The notes under the pieces were generated by a model. That model was not told the origin of the DNA. It made no database searches and worked only from the letters and a program-made list of their open reading frames with translations. Made by a program: the position numbers and the translations under genes. From assembly GCA_049999805.1 (NCBI GenBank), contig JBNGIO010005748.1, forward strand, positions 100,801-139,510: a DNA stretch of 38,710 nt, given 5' to 3'. Below, one piece after another: positions 10,668 to 22,579 of this stretch (position 1 is its first letter; every line of letters begins with the position of its first letter). This DNA is from Folioceros fuciformis (taxonomy: Eukaryota).

Positions 10668-13600
10668 ATGCCCCGCGATTTCAGCCGCCTCACAAGCTCG
10701 GTCCGCAAGCCCAGCGCGGACGACTGCGATCCCAAGCGGCTGCCTCTGCCATCTCAGGCGGTGGTGGACTCCACGGCGCCGACCCACTCAGCACTCCGCC
10801 TGCCATTCCACAAGTTGAGCACCAGGGGGAACGCGCAATATCCTGACACCTCCTCGGCGGACGGCCAGGCCAAGGTGCCCGTCACCAGCACCATTCGCCT
10901 GGTCCATGCCGCCTCAGGCCGGATCAGGGAGTTGAGCGTGAAGCCCGGCGTGAAGCCCCACCGCTTGGCTTTTGCCTCCAGGCCCGGCCACTCTCGGCGT
11001 TCGTCCTTGACGGAGCAGCTGACGCTGCCACCGGACGTTTGTGACATCTCCGTCGCCGACGTCACCAATATCATCATCAACAGCCAGGTGCCTGCTATTG
11101 GGACTGGGACTGGGACTGGGAATGGGAATGGGAATGGGAATGGGAATGGAAATGGAAATGTGGCCACTGCCCAATTGCATACAGATCGTGACAGCGTGCA
11201 TCATCCGGAGTACCAGGATCCCCTGCTCTGCGAGGCTGTTTTACGAACCATCTACGCTCCCAAGCGGAACGGCCAGGATTGTGTGGACACGATGATGGAT
11301 GTGGCTGCCGTCAGGGGGGTGTTCCCANNNNNNNNNNNNNNNNNNNNNNNNNNNNNNNNNNNNNNNNNNNNNNNNNNNNNNNNNNNNNNNNNNNNNNNNN
11401 NNNNNNNNNNNNNNNNNNNNNNNNNNNTTCCCAACTATGAACGACTCGGCTTTTTCTACTGTGCAGACCCGGGCTCGGAAGGTTGCGCTGTACCGGCGGG
11501 CAGGTATGTTTTAAACGCCTTGGGATTCACCACCTGCGGATGCTGTGGATGGGGATCATGGCACTGTTGCTTTCACCGCAATTTGTTGACCGGAAGACTG
11601 TGGCTTTGTGCAGAACTGGTGTGCAGACTGGACAAGATTCACCATGACGGCGACCCATTTATCAACCCGGCTCTGTTCGACGATCAGACCCATTACATGG
11701 CCTGGAAGGCAGAGGAGATTCGAGAGCTTACAAATAACATCGATTTCATGACCACTCTGCCGTCCTTCTCGGCGTCTGTGCAGGTGAATGTCATCTACGG
11801 GGATGGTCTCGGGGAACCTGGCGAATCATCATGCCGGTCCGTGCTTGGGTGCGCCAAGCCCCCTCAGCACCTTCAGGCCTACTGCACGGTTTCGTTGCTT
11901 CCAGCGAAGCCGGGTAACACCACATCTCCGGACGCCGAATCCGACAATGCGGCAGTGAGAAAACCTGCATTTCGCACCAATCCCGTGGCTTGTGGTGAGA
12001 GTGCCGAATGGAACGCCAAGTCGCCGTGGATCCCGGTTGCCAGGTAATCAGCTCCTCCCCATTTTCCTAGTCACTTAACAGAGGAGCTCGGTCGGTGAAG
12101 AGGATTCTGACGCAATTGTGAATTGTGGTGGCAGCGCGCAGGACCGGTTCCTCATTGAAGTATGGGACAAGCTGGGCGGGTCTGTCATTCGGGGAGACGG
12201 GGAAATAGCCCGTGCCCAGGTCACCACAAATTCCTTGAACCAGTTCATCAAACGGAAGAGTAATAGGAGGAACACGAGGAGAAAGGTAGTACTAGGAAGC
12301 TCCAATTCAAATGCTGCCAGTCCTCCGCACCCTGTCCATCTTACTGCGGAACCGTCTCACGCTGTTGGAAATGTGAATGCAGGTGGCTCCTTGGAGTGGA
12401 GACACGTTTCTAGGGCAAGTCGTACTGTCCTACACGCACGTCGAAGCGCAAGCCCTTCCACACGGTGGGCGCCAAGGGGATGGTCCTGCCACAAATTACC
12501 AGCTGCTGGATGACAAGGGGAGGGAGACCTCCATCACTCTCACGCTCCAGCTTTCTTGCATTTGCGAGAGGCTGTGCAGGTAGGCGTCATTCAGTCCTCC
12601 GTTTGGCACTCACAGTCTGGTCGCCACCCGGCTACGTGTGCATAACTCAAACTTTGTCCTTTTCTTCTCTGGCAGGGAAGCACCGCCAAACAGGTTGCTT
12701 TTGTCGCCTCCGGTGGATGACTTGGAGAGAGCTTACGACCTACTCCTCCGTTTGGCATACAGGCAGCTGAGGCCAGGTGCCACCCCCTTGCTGTCTTCCT
12801 TGGGTAGTTGCTCCATGTGCTTAAAACGGGGGTTTTGGGGGTGGCGTGGGAGAGGTCCTAACCGTCACTCTCACTCCTGGCCTGCAGGTGAGTTCAAGCT
12901 AAAGACTCAGTGGACGAGGATTGTCAAGGACTTCGCAACTCATTACGGCTTGCGGAAGGAGAGATGTAGTCTGGCCCTTTCCCACCTGCTGGCACGAAAG
13001 TTCAATACGGATCCCGAATATCTGCAATACCTCGTCCAGGAGTGGTCCCCAGCTTGCCAGGCTGCGAAGGACGGCAAGCTAACCAAGACGGAGCTGGCTG
13101 TTCACGGCAGTATTGTCGTGTGTACGTTCCACTTTCCAGTCCTGTTTTGGTCTCCATGCTCGGTCTGGGCTTTTCGTTGTACTAATCACACTGTTATGAC
13201 TGTGAATGTCCAGTGCTTATGAAACCTGCCGTGGATATCGTTGAAAATTTCCAGACTGTATTCCCCAAGAACCGGCCTCCAGGAGGATTGGCGAGGCTTA
13301 TTGAGCTTCTGTCACTGACTCTGCGTTGGGACCTCAATCTGGATGAAATTGTGGTTCCCCTTCGGAGCTGGGTCCAGGTGAGTAATAGATGCTCCACTAC
13401 TTTCACGCTTGCTCGCTTGATTCACACACACGCACACCGTGTGACATTAACCTGTTGTTGGGTGCGTGGCCCTGACCAGTCATTTTGCGAGAAACGGTTC
13501 CACAAATCTCTCGTGAACGACTCTCTGCAGACAGGGGAATTGAGGGATATCAGTTCCCAGTCAATCACCAGAGCGGTGCGCTTCATCCGTAACGATCTTC

Positions 13601-16600
13601 AAGAGCATGCTTCCACCTTCGTGGACGCCTTTCCGAAATCCTGCTTCCTTCCTGCCGTCACCGCCCCTGTCTACTACAAGTTGGTGAGCCTGCTTCCATC
13701 CTCTGTGCAGCATGGACGCTGGCAAGCGTGTTGGACAGAAGTTCTGAGAGCTGGTTCTCAATGTCAGGTGTCTGACTATATCAAAAGTTTTGTCGGGGCT
13801 GCCTCCGTGAAGACATTTCCTAAAGATTACGTGGTGAGTTGACACCAACGGCATCCCAGTTGCTTAGGGTTGCGGTACTCTGGATATTGGCGTGTCGCTC
13901 CTTCCAGAAACGGTTGCAGATGGGAGCTGTGCACTTCCTTGCAGGACTTGGCCAAAGAGCTGTTACTGCTCCACGAAGATATCGAAAAACTGGGAGTGCA
14001 GCTGAAGTTCGTAGACGTGCACAGCGTGTTCGAGGAACATCTTAAGCTATGGCTGGCGACGACAAAGCTTCGCATGATAGAGTAAGGCCTTCTATTTCTT
14101 GCCGTCAGGAGACTTGTTTGCGCGTGGCCTCTTTGCGTGAGATCGGTTGCACCTCAGGAATCAGATTTGGAAGAAGCTGACTTTCGAAGCTTGTTGTTGC
14201 CTGTCTGGTTCAAATCGTGCAGGTGGATAAACTCGACTGTTAGTGCGGAGAAATGGGAACCGCTCTCTCCTAAGACAAATGCTTTCTTCTCATTCTCTGT
14301 TGTTGGTAAGATCCGTCACGACTCCTTTCCTGCGTGTCTCGCGCGTTTTTCTTTTAATTTTTAATTTTCCCCCCTCAATTTCTAGATAACAATCCATTGT
14401 TGGAACTGGGCAGATATTCTTTTCATGATTGGCGAGGTTGTGGATGAATTGTCGTCTCGTCTCTTGTCCCTTCCATTTGGGGCGCAGTATCTTCCACAAG
14501 TTGAAGTCGGGATTTGTAAGGCCATCGAGACTTATGTAGGAGTCTTGGAAAAACTTTGCCAGGAAGCGCTTCCAGAAGAAATTTCAACTAAAACTCGTGG
14601 TATTCTAAGCCGGTTCAAGTCGGACGACAAAGTTCAGCCCCTGTCAATATCGAAGACTATGTGTGTCATGGTGAGCTGGGTACAGTTTGGACTGTTGTTT
14701 TTGTCTGTAGCTGCTGCTGTAGTTCTGTAGACCCCCCCAGAGCATCTTGACATGTGGAAACAAGGTCATCGCGCCATCTGGACACGTTAACAGTAACACG
14801 GTGTAGCGCTTGCTGGTCAACTTGTGCAGCTGAATGATATGCTCGCTGTTCTGGAACAAGACCGGGACTTAGAGAAACGACTGGAATCAACATGGGGAAC
14901 TGCGCTGCAAGCAGTTCCTGCAAAAGTATCTGAAGATAGCGATCCGGATTTGAATTTTCCTGACTCTGATGAGAATATTCCAGGGTAAAACCTCTTTACC
15001 CTGCTGGGGCCATCAGCCTTCCTAGTATCTGGTCGAGTCTAACGTTTGGCCTAACAGCTCGTGTGTATGTTTGTTCAGCGAGAATGTTATCCCCGGTGCT
15101 GTCAACACACATCCTCGTCCCAGTACGCAGGTCGGCCAACATTTCAAAGATCTGGATCACTATGTGCAGCAGACTTTGACGAATGTAATCGGATCAATTG
15201 TGGAAAACCTGCAGGTGAGTGCCGATTAGTTCACGTTTTTTATGGACTGCTCCTCAACTGTTTCAAGAAGTAGGTAGATCTAATCGAGGGTTGCAAATGC
15301 TCTTGCAGGGCCGTCTAATGAGTGAGCTGCAGTATGTCCTTCGTGATTTGGACTCTCATGCTGATTATGATATCGGCGACCAGTTTCTGCCTTTAACGAA
15401 ATATCTGGATGAGCATCTTTCTGTCATGAACGAAGGACTGCATCCAACTCTCTTTCGACGCGTTCTTTGGGTAGGATATCTGGTTGTCCTCCTCGTTTTC
15501 TTTTGGTGAGACACAAACTGGCATGTCCCTTGATTTTGTCGTTGGTCCTGATCACTGCCTTCATTCCGTGTCCAGGAGAGTGCACACGCGTTGATGTTTT
15601 GCATGGAAGAGTTTGCCCTGAATCGTGACGAGGATCCCACTCCGATGACTCCATCGCAGAAGATGAAAATGGAACAGTCTCTGACATTTTTCTATGACTA
15701 TTTCCACGGAGGCGGTCAGGGCCTTAGTAGCGAGGAGATGGATGAAGTTACTGGCCGCCTTCGGAAGATTCTTTTTTGCTGGGATCTCGGCACTCGTGAG
15801 CTTTGCATCTTATACTGGCAAGCCTGGGATAGGTACAACAACGTTGACACGCAAAAGAAGGCGAATTCACCGCGCGAGCCAGTTCATGGGCTCAATCCGC
15901 CGTCGGTTGGGCACGTGGAGTCTGTCAAAGTTGAGACCCAGTTACATGTGTTGGACTACTTGACGCTGCTGAGACAGAAGAATGACGACGAGGCTCGGGA
16001 TATTGTGATGCGTCAGAGCTTGATCGCCAGCAACAAGATGATACAGGTATTTGTCTGTGAGCAGAGAGCTTATATAATGACCGAACCTTGCCTGCTTGGG
16101 TGATTGCTGTGGTTAGGGGGACTCTTTCGCCCAGCAAAGGCACGTTGGTTGACATGCTACTGCTTCTCTCTGCCTTGCTTGTAGTTCATCTTTGGACTTC
16201 CGAAGGATGAAGAGATCCTCGACTCCTTCGGCTGCAGGTATGTCTCGATGCTGTTGATGCAGCTGCATCCTTAGCACCATGACAAGTATCTGTCGTGCCG
16301 GTATGACTGATCTGTGACCATCGGTCTTCTGGTGACAGGAATTCAAGGAAGGCCAAAGGCACTTTGTATGTGACAGCACGGCATTTGTGTTTTGCCGGTA
16401 CAAGCACGGCCGCAGCGGATGACAGGAATGTATTTCTGCTTCCCTTTGATCGGATACTGCGACTTTCGGTTGTCGGAAACTCCTCTATCTCAATTGTTGC
16501 TCTAAACAACCGGGTGACGAAGGTCACAAAACTTAAGGACTGCAACGATGTCTGCCGAATTATCTACAAACAGGTTAGAAAGGATCACTACGGCTGTCCT

Positions 16601-17399
16601 ATTGGGTGTTTCAGGCTGCCAGGTCTTATGTCCTGTTTCTACAGGTTGTTGGCACGGGAACTCATTTGGACAGATACATGGCTTCAACGTGGCTCACAGG
16701 TACGCTCCACTGCTCGCGCTAACGTGATCTATATTTAGCAATGTACGCCAACTTCATGAGGTTTCCAGCTGAACGGTGCAACGTAATTGTGAGATCCAGC
16801 AAATTCTGGTTCGAAGGAGCGCCCAGTGTCCAAGCAGCCGAGCGAATCGAAAGCGTCAGCGGCTCCTTCACGTACTCCATCAACCCAATCTGAAGACTCG
16901 GGTGTCGAAAACGTCGATTTGGGACAGCATGTCAGTTTTCTGCCTACTTTTGAAACCTTGCTACAACTTGTTCACCTTCCCTTTCTGCACTTGTTGAGAA
17001 GAGGCAAAGTGTATTTACTCGTCGTGTTACTGCTACTCCGTCTGGTGGCATACATGTTGATCTGTACTTATCTGGTTCTCGAGTCCTGGAAGCATCTTAC
17101 TGCGGGGAGCAATTGCATCCTTGTGACGTTTGACTTACACATCATAAACCCATGTCATCTGCAATGACTTTGCAGCTAGTTTGCAAACGTGTGCACTCTG
17201 GGATAGGAATGCTGCTACTGCAAATGCCATCACCACAGGGGCCTAACAGACAAATCTCTGTGGGAACGAATCTGTGCAGGAGAAGTCCGTGAATAGCGAC
17301 GATGACGAGCCAGCCAGAGATAGCATGGAGCTGGAACTGACGAGGGTACTTCGGGCGCAGATCCGGAAATTAATCCGACGTGAAAGAGGCAAACTCTGA
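10668..17399 (+). CDS. Unc13/Munc13-like protein: C2 domain, MUN domain (MHD1+MHD2), C-terminal GRAM domain; about 21 exons
   Basis: Phase-compatible GT-AG exons: 10668-11503, 11614-12043, 12135-12285, 12383-12579, 12676-12776, 12888-13121, 13214-13377, 13480-13683, 13768-13833, 13945-14081, 14223-14305, 14414-14670, 14830-14984, 15079-15214, 15309-15470, 15576-16046, 16185-16237, 16339-16573, 16644-16699, 16800-16930, 17250-17399. C2: VQVNVIYGDGL, AYCTVSL, AEWN, FLIEVWDK, DTFLGQV. MUN: IVKDFATHYG, FQTVFP, FSFSVVDIL, MCVMLND, FLPLTKYLDEHL..FRRVLW, YFHGGGQGL. GRAM: FGLPKDEEILDSFGC..GTLYVTARHLCF. An in-frame stop lies 18 nt upstream of the ATG. A probable 5'-UTR intron spans 10183-10553. Confidence 0.88.
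11100..11159 (+). repeat. Hexamer microsatellite (GGGACT)3(GGGAAT)5(GGAAAT)2, read in frame as (GT)3(GN)7
   Basis: Seen directly; the reading frame is open through it. Confidence 0.9.
11328..11427. other. Assembly gap of exactly 100 N, probably a placeholder with overlapping ends
   Basis: 100 N flanked on both sides by TTCCCA (11322-11327 and 11428-11433). Confidence 0.9.
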
Positions 17400-17770
17400 A
17401 GGAGAGCACCACGGATTCGGACATCACCCCCCGGTCCACAATCTTCGGGCATTGCTGATTTTGTTCCTGGTGAGCATTGCTGATTCTGTTCTCGTGAACA
17501 GAGTGGTCGGGTAAAAATTTTGCACAACTTATGCAAGTCTAGGCTTGAGCCTCACTTGCGGAACAGTGGGTTTGGTTGGGGACCTGCTCAAAAACATTCT
17601 TTGTGTACTTTGATACACTCAGGCCGCCCATTGATTTATGTCGAAGTAGTGCGGAAAGTCATCAGTTAGTTTGGACCATATCCCGTCGTCGTGGGAGACA
17701 TACGAAAAGCGGCAATAATTTTGGCTCTAGCGGACAGTACATTTCAACCTGGTGGCGCAGCATATTACTG

Positions 17771-18570
17771 TCAATCTCTTCTGCCTTGCTGTGTTTGCCT
17801 CGAAGCTTGCTCCGACTCGAAGTGCTTTCGCATCGCCTTAGGCAAGTGAACAGGGAGTAGAAAACCGAAGAGATTGAAGCTCCAAAATATCATATTGGCA
17901 ACAGCAAGCATCTGCCCAAACCTAATCCACGGTCCTCCTGATGGCGCGAGCTGGCGACCCCCGGGTTCCTGCTGCAGGCCTCCCGCCTCCTCGGCGACAC
18001 AAGACCTTATCCAAGTTGAGATTGAACCCAACCTCCATGCGTTGTAAGAAATAGGGACAAGACAACGAGTGATGACTGAAGCCTTGTTCGTGTTGGAAAA
18101 GACCTCTGTTAGCACCTGGCATGAGAGCAAGAAGAGATGGGGTGCTGCTGCCCGTATCGCGTTCTGATCCCCTTGACCAAATGCAGCAATGATGTACACC
18201 AGCGGCAACAGAAGCCCCAACACAGCTCCGAGTGTGATATACTTGCCGAACCATAGACTACCTGCAAATACGGCAAGGCTTTGAGCAACAACGAGCACGA
18301 AGGTCATACAACGGCAGGACGCTAAAACTTACTCTTGTAGAAGCTGGAGGGCGGCTCAGCGGTGACCGGGGGAAATGCCACCTTGTTGAACAACCAAATG
18401 TATGCAGAAGTCAAGAACACAAAACCAACATCTCCCCCCGAGACCAGACCACAAGCAGCAAGCAGAACCGTCAGTAGAAGCAGTAGGACGTGCAACCGGG
18501 ACAGCCGGCCTACGAAATTCGGCGGCCGTGACTTCGCGGTGGCGCCGTGAGAAGGCCCGCTTGGACCCAT
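17771..18570 (-). CDS. Conserved plant multi-pass membrane protein of unknown function (At1g27990/At5g52420-like); 2 exons
   Basis: Exons 18570-18333 and 18262-boundary intron 18332-18262 (GTAAGT...TTGCAG, phase 1), exon 18261-17771. Product: ...LLAACGLVSGGDVGFVFLTSAYIWLFNKVAFP...LWFGKYITLGAVLGLLLPLVYI...GDQNAIRAAAPHLFLLSCQVLTE...LVPISYNAWRL...LAVANMIFWSFNLFGFLLPVHLPKAMRKHF, with several hydrophobic helices. Confidence 0.85.
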
Positions 18571-19199
18571 TCTTCCCAGGCGTCAAGGCGAGCTGACAAT
18601 AGGATCTCGGATGAAGCGGACACCCGGGTACAATAATTCGTGACCACACGACTCCATGATATCCGCGTGAAACATATCCAAACTTCGCCACACCCAATGG
18701 CTGCGTTGTGCCGTAAGAGATCCTGATTTGAACACCCAATCCCAACAACTGGGCGACGCGATTTCTCGTGTTGCAAAGGTATAGACGCAGTTTCCCATCT
18801 CTGTCGAAACGACAGTCTGTGTTTCACGCAACAAGCGCACTTGTACCACATCAGCAGTCCTTTTCCACGCCCTAAGTGTAGCACTAAATCTGCAATAAGC
18901 ACGCACACGTTGTAAGATCACCATTCCTACTTCCGACCCTTCACGGTTAGTGGACGAATTAACGGCAAACTATAAACCCCATTCAACGAGTTGTCCATGC
19001 GTTTTCGTTTTTGTGTCCTGGGGTGGGAATCAGGGTGTCATTTTGAGCGAGTACTATCTCAGTCCCCGAGGCCACCTAGCCTGGCTACGCTCGGTCGCGG
19101 AGCAGGGACCATGTCTTTTTCCACCTTTGGTCACTAAATATAATAAATATTAAATAAATCGTTTATAAATAATAATATAAAAATACAAATTTCTAGTAT

Positions 19200-20238
19200 A
19201 TTGTCCCCAGGCTGGTCTTTCTCAGCTTTAAAAATACCATGCCAATCTTTCTCCTTTAGAGGCCGACCATCTATAGATATACTCATCAATGCATCAAGGA
19301 TCAGAATATTAGGATTAGTTCACATGTTATTCATCACAAAGTTTTGTTTAGAAAATCACCACTCACATCTAGCAGTACTATAAGGTATGACGAAACATAA
19401 TTTTCAAAGACGATTTTCAAAGACGTACTAGTATTACCCACTCTCGAGTTATTGAGTATATTTTGTAAGAGTTGTTGAGTATATTTTGTAAGCTGCTAAC
19501 ATAATCAATCTTGCATAAGAAGACTTCAAGGTAGACACAAATGTTAGCAACTCAGCTTGACACACCTCGTCAACTACAAAAGGATTGACAACACTAGTAT
19601 TTGCATCCAAAGAGTTAGCTCTAAACCTTTTCAACAATATCCCTAACAAACTATTAACTAACTACATAAGTTCCTCTATATCTTTAGGATAAAATTCGGG
19701 ACTGAATAAACGACAAGCATGCAATACACAAAGATAAGGAAACTTGTTATTCAATGCTTCAACAACAACTAAAGCATATTTTCATATTTATTAGTACTAG
19801 TAATACAAGAACTTAGCTCGCTTTCAGAGTAGTCAGATATTACAAAACCCTCGTACACTCTATAACTTTTTTTCAAGTTTTCAATGAAAGAGAAAAGCTT
19901 TCTGCTTCATATATTTGCTTCAAACATATTATTGGCTTGTTCAACAATAGAATCTATGACGGGAGCTATACTAATTGGCTTCAGATAATCATGTCGAAAG
20001 TTAATATTCAAGGAATTAAGGACCTCTAAAATATCTAATAAAAAGTGAAATGAAAACAAGGTCTTAGTAGTTAGTAAAGCTTGGAAGACAGTCTTCTCTT
20101 ACAAAGAAGAAGAACTACTTGGACCCTTATTGGCTTTTGGCCAATTTAGGCTCTCATCCTCTTGAACATATTTAAGTAAAACTAGTAATAGACAAACTAT
20201 TCTACTCATGGCTTGACCTCTAAACAACTAATAAACGT
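19200..20238 (-). pseudogene. Degraded hAT (ZNF862-like) transposase, C-terminal part including the dimerisation domain
   Basis: The minus strand reads V-Y-*-L-F-R-G-Q-A-M (decayed RWLSR motif) ...FHFLLDILEVLNSLNINF... and STARCECG-(FSKQN)...ILDALMSISIDG, matching the hAT C-terminal S-T-A-x-C-E-R-G-F-S motif. Many stops and frameshifts; AT-rich. Confidence 0.8.
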
Positions 20239-20462
20239 TATTAAGATATATTATTATTATATATCATAGCAACTCTAACTAGCTACCCATCCAACTATAA
20301 ACCATTATTGGTTTAAGTTTGAATTAGGGTTTGTTCACTAAAATGGTTACAAAACTTTTTTTGTATTTTAACACCCTTCTTCTTGATATGAACTATCTTC
20401 TTGTGTGTGCTCTTTGCATTTTTTAGGCCATGCCTCATGGTCACGCTCTTGCGAATTTATTA
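20239..20462 (+). repeat. 5' LTR of Copia element A (224 bp)
   Basis: Near-identical to the reverse complement of 23856-24082. Followed directly by the PBS and preceded by AACGT (TSD copy). Confidence 0.92.
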
Positions 20463-20474
20463 TGGTATCAGAGC
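20463..20474 (+). promoter_or_regulatory. Primer binding site complementary to initiator tRNA-Met
   Basis: TGGTATCAGAGC immediately after the LTR, the standard plant tRNA-iMet PBS. Confidence 0.93.
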
Positions 20475-22350
20475 AGAGTTTTGATACTAATTCTAATCAC
20501 ATATTAGAAAAGGCGTAGAAGAGATGGATGCACTTTACTATTTTATTGCAAGGGCAATCTGCAATGTTTGCAGTTATTGCACCTGTTCAGATTTGCATCC
20601 TCTCCTTTTTCAAATATTACAATTTTGCTGAAACACAAATTGTTTCAGGACGCCATGACAAGGAATTTCAACAGCATATATTGCAAATGTAGTCACCAAC
20701 AGCCATTTTCAAGTCTTGCTGGAAATTGCAATAACCATAATCAATTTGCACCTTGTTGGCCAGCGCCTCCATTTTTCTGTCCTGGGCACATCCCTCTACA
20801 GCACAATTATCAGTCAAAGCCAAAGCAAAGATAAGATCTCTACTCTATCTCAAAGAAGCTTACACCAATTCAATATGAAATCTAGGTCTTAGGTGAAGAG
20901 GTACACGAACAACAACGCAAAGCCAAAATAGAAAATATATTGATGAAGAAATAGATAGGTCAATTAGAGAAAAAATTCCATCAACTAGCCACACAATTTT
21001 AGGCCCTCGCCTCAGGCACACACACAAATTTGCCTAAATCCACACCTGAATTTTCAGCAACAGACCCAGTTGTTTCCTTCATTTGCAATATGCCATCTTC
21101 ACCCAAAGTTTCTAATATGACATATCGCCCATTACCAGAACCAACCAATTTGAGTTCATACAAACCTCTCCCCAAACCTATAGAGTGTGCACTTGCAGGA
21201 ATAGCCTCACTCTTCAAGAGCTCTTCTACCATCTTGTAAGATTGCGGGTCGTGAACCTCGATAGGTAGAACCTGTAGAATTAGCACACACCTCTAGCACA
21301 TTAGCATTGGTTATCACACCATGACTACCACTAAAATGGAAATAAAGGACAAAGACAGGTTCAATGGCTCAGACTTTGCAATCTGGGAAATGCGCATGGT
21401 TGGCATTTTTGGAGAGCATGAACTCGTGGATGTCGTGGACGACTCCCTTGGTGTTGCAGCAACAAATCCTGCAACTGTACAAGGCCAACAAGCAGTTAAT
21501 GTCATCGAAGCATGGCACAAGAAGGATAAGAAGGCAAGAAATACATTACTCTCTACCCTGGATCGCAATATGATGCAACATACTCAAGGGCAAGCAACCG
21601 CACACAATGTTTGGAAGGTATTCCAAGACATGTTTCCTGCGAAAGATTCTATGTCTCTTATCAATTGCACATGTGTTTTCTACTCACTCCGCATGAAAGA
21701 CAATGAGATAGTGGAACACCATATAGATAGGTTTCGAACCTTAAGAGCAAGATTAGCAGCTGCAGGAGAAACGCTAACAGAGTTGAAGGCGTCTACTGTC
21801 CTACTAACTTCATTGCCTGCAAGTTATCGAACTTTTGTCAGCTCACAGGCAACCTTACTTAGACAAGCAAGTGCAAGTATCACCCTGTCACAAGTTGTTG
21901 GAGCTCTGTTGGAAGAGGAATCCAGTTGTGTTGGATCTAAAAGACCTTCTTCCTCCAATCAATAGCATGTTCTCTACACCTCTCACGGAAGAGGTAGAAG
22001 ACGTGGAAGGGGACAAAGTTTTGGTCCTCGACGTCCATATTCTGCTCAGCTAAGTACATTTCCTCCACAACGAGTGAAAGGCCCATGCAATTGGTGCCAA
22101 ATTCCAGGGCATTTCGAGTATGAATGCCGGAAGAAACAAGCAGGCAAGCCACGGCGACCTGCAGCAGAAAGCAACATGGCTGTCAGACCCAACAACAAAT
22201 CTCGAGCAATATTGGCTGTTTGCCTATCTCTTACCAGAGCCGAACATGTGGTTTCTAGACTCCGGTGCCACCAACCACATCTGCCACTCACGTGAGATGT
22301 TCAGTAATTATACCTCTTCTACAACTAGCCAATTTGTGCTATTAGGAGAT

Positions 22351-22579
22351 GATAGGCGAAATCAAGTTGATGGCCAAAAAACGTTTGTAAAGGATAGGCG
22401 AAATCAAGTTGATGGCCAAAAAACGTTTCTGAGGGATAGGCGAAATCAAGTTGATGGCCAAAAAACGTTTGTAAGGGATAGGCGAAATCAAGTTGATGGC
22501 CAAAAAACGTTTGTAAGGGTTAGGCGAAATCAAGTTGATGGCCAAAAAACGTTTGTAAGGGATAGGCAAAATCAAGTTG
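22351..22579 (+). repeat. 42-bp in-frame tandem repeat, 5 full copies plus a partial, inside the Copia protease region
   Basis: Unit GATAGGCGAAATCAAGTTGATGGCCAAAAAACGTTTGTAAGG at 22351, 22393, 22435, 22477, 22519 and (partial) 22561; encodes DRRNQVDGQKTFVR. Confidence 0.95.

Noticed and set aside
11428-11613. ORF-track segment PNYERLGFFYCADPG...CGCCGWGSWHCC as a Cys-rich domain
   Set aside because: It is the wrong frame after the gap plus translated intron 11504-11613.
22351-22579. Regular repeat array resembling a CRISPR array
   Set aside because: The units are contiguous with no unique spacers, lie in frame in a Copia polyprotein, and there are no cas genes in this eukaryotic context.
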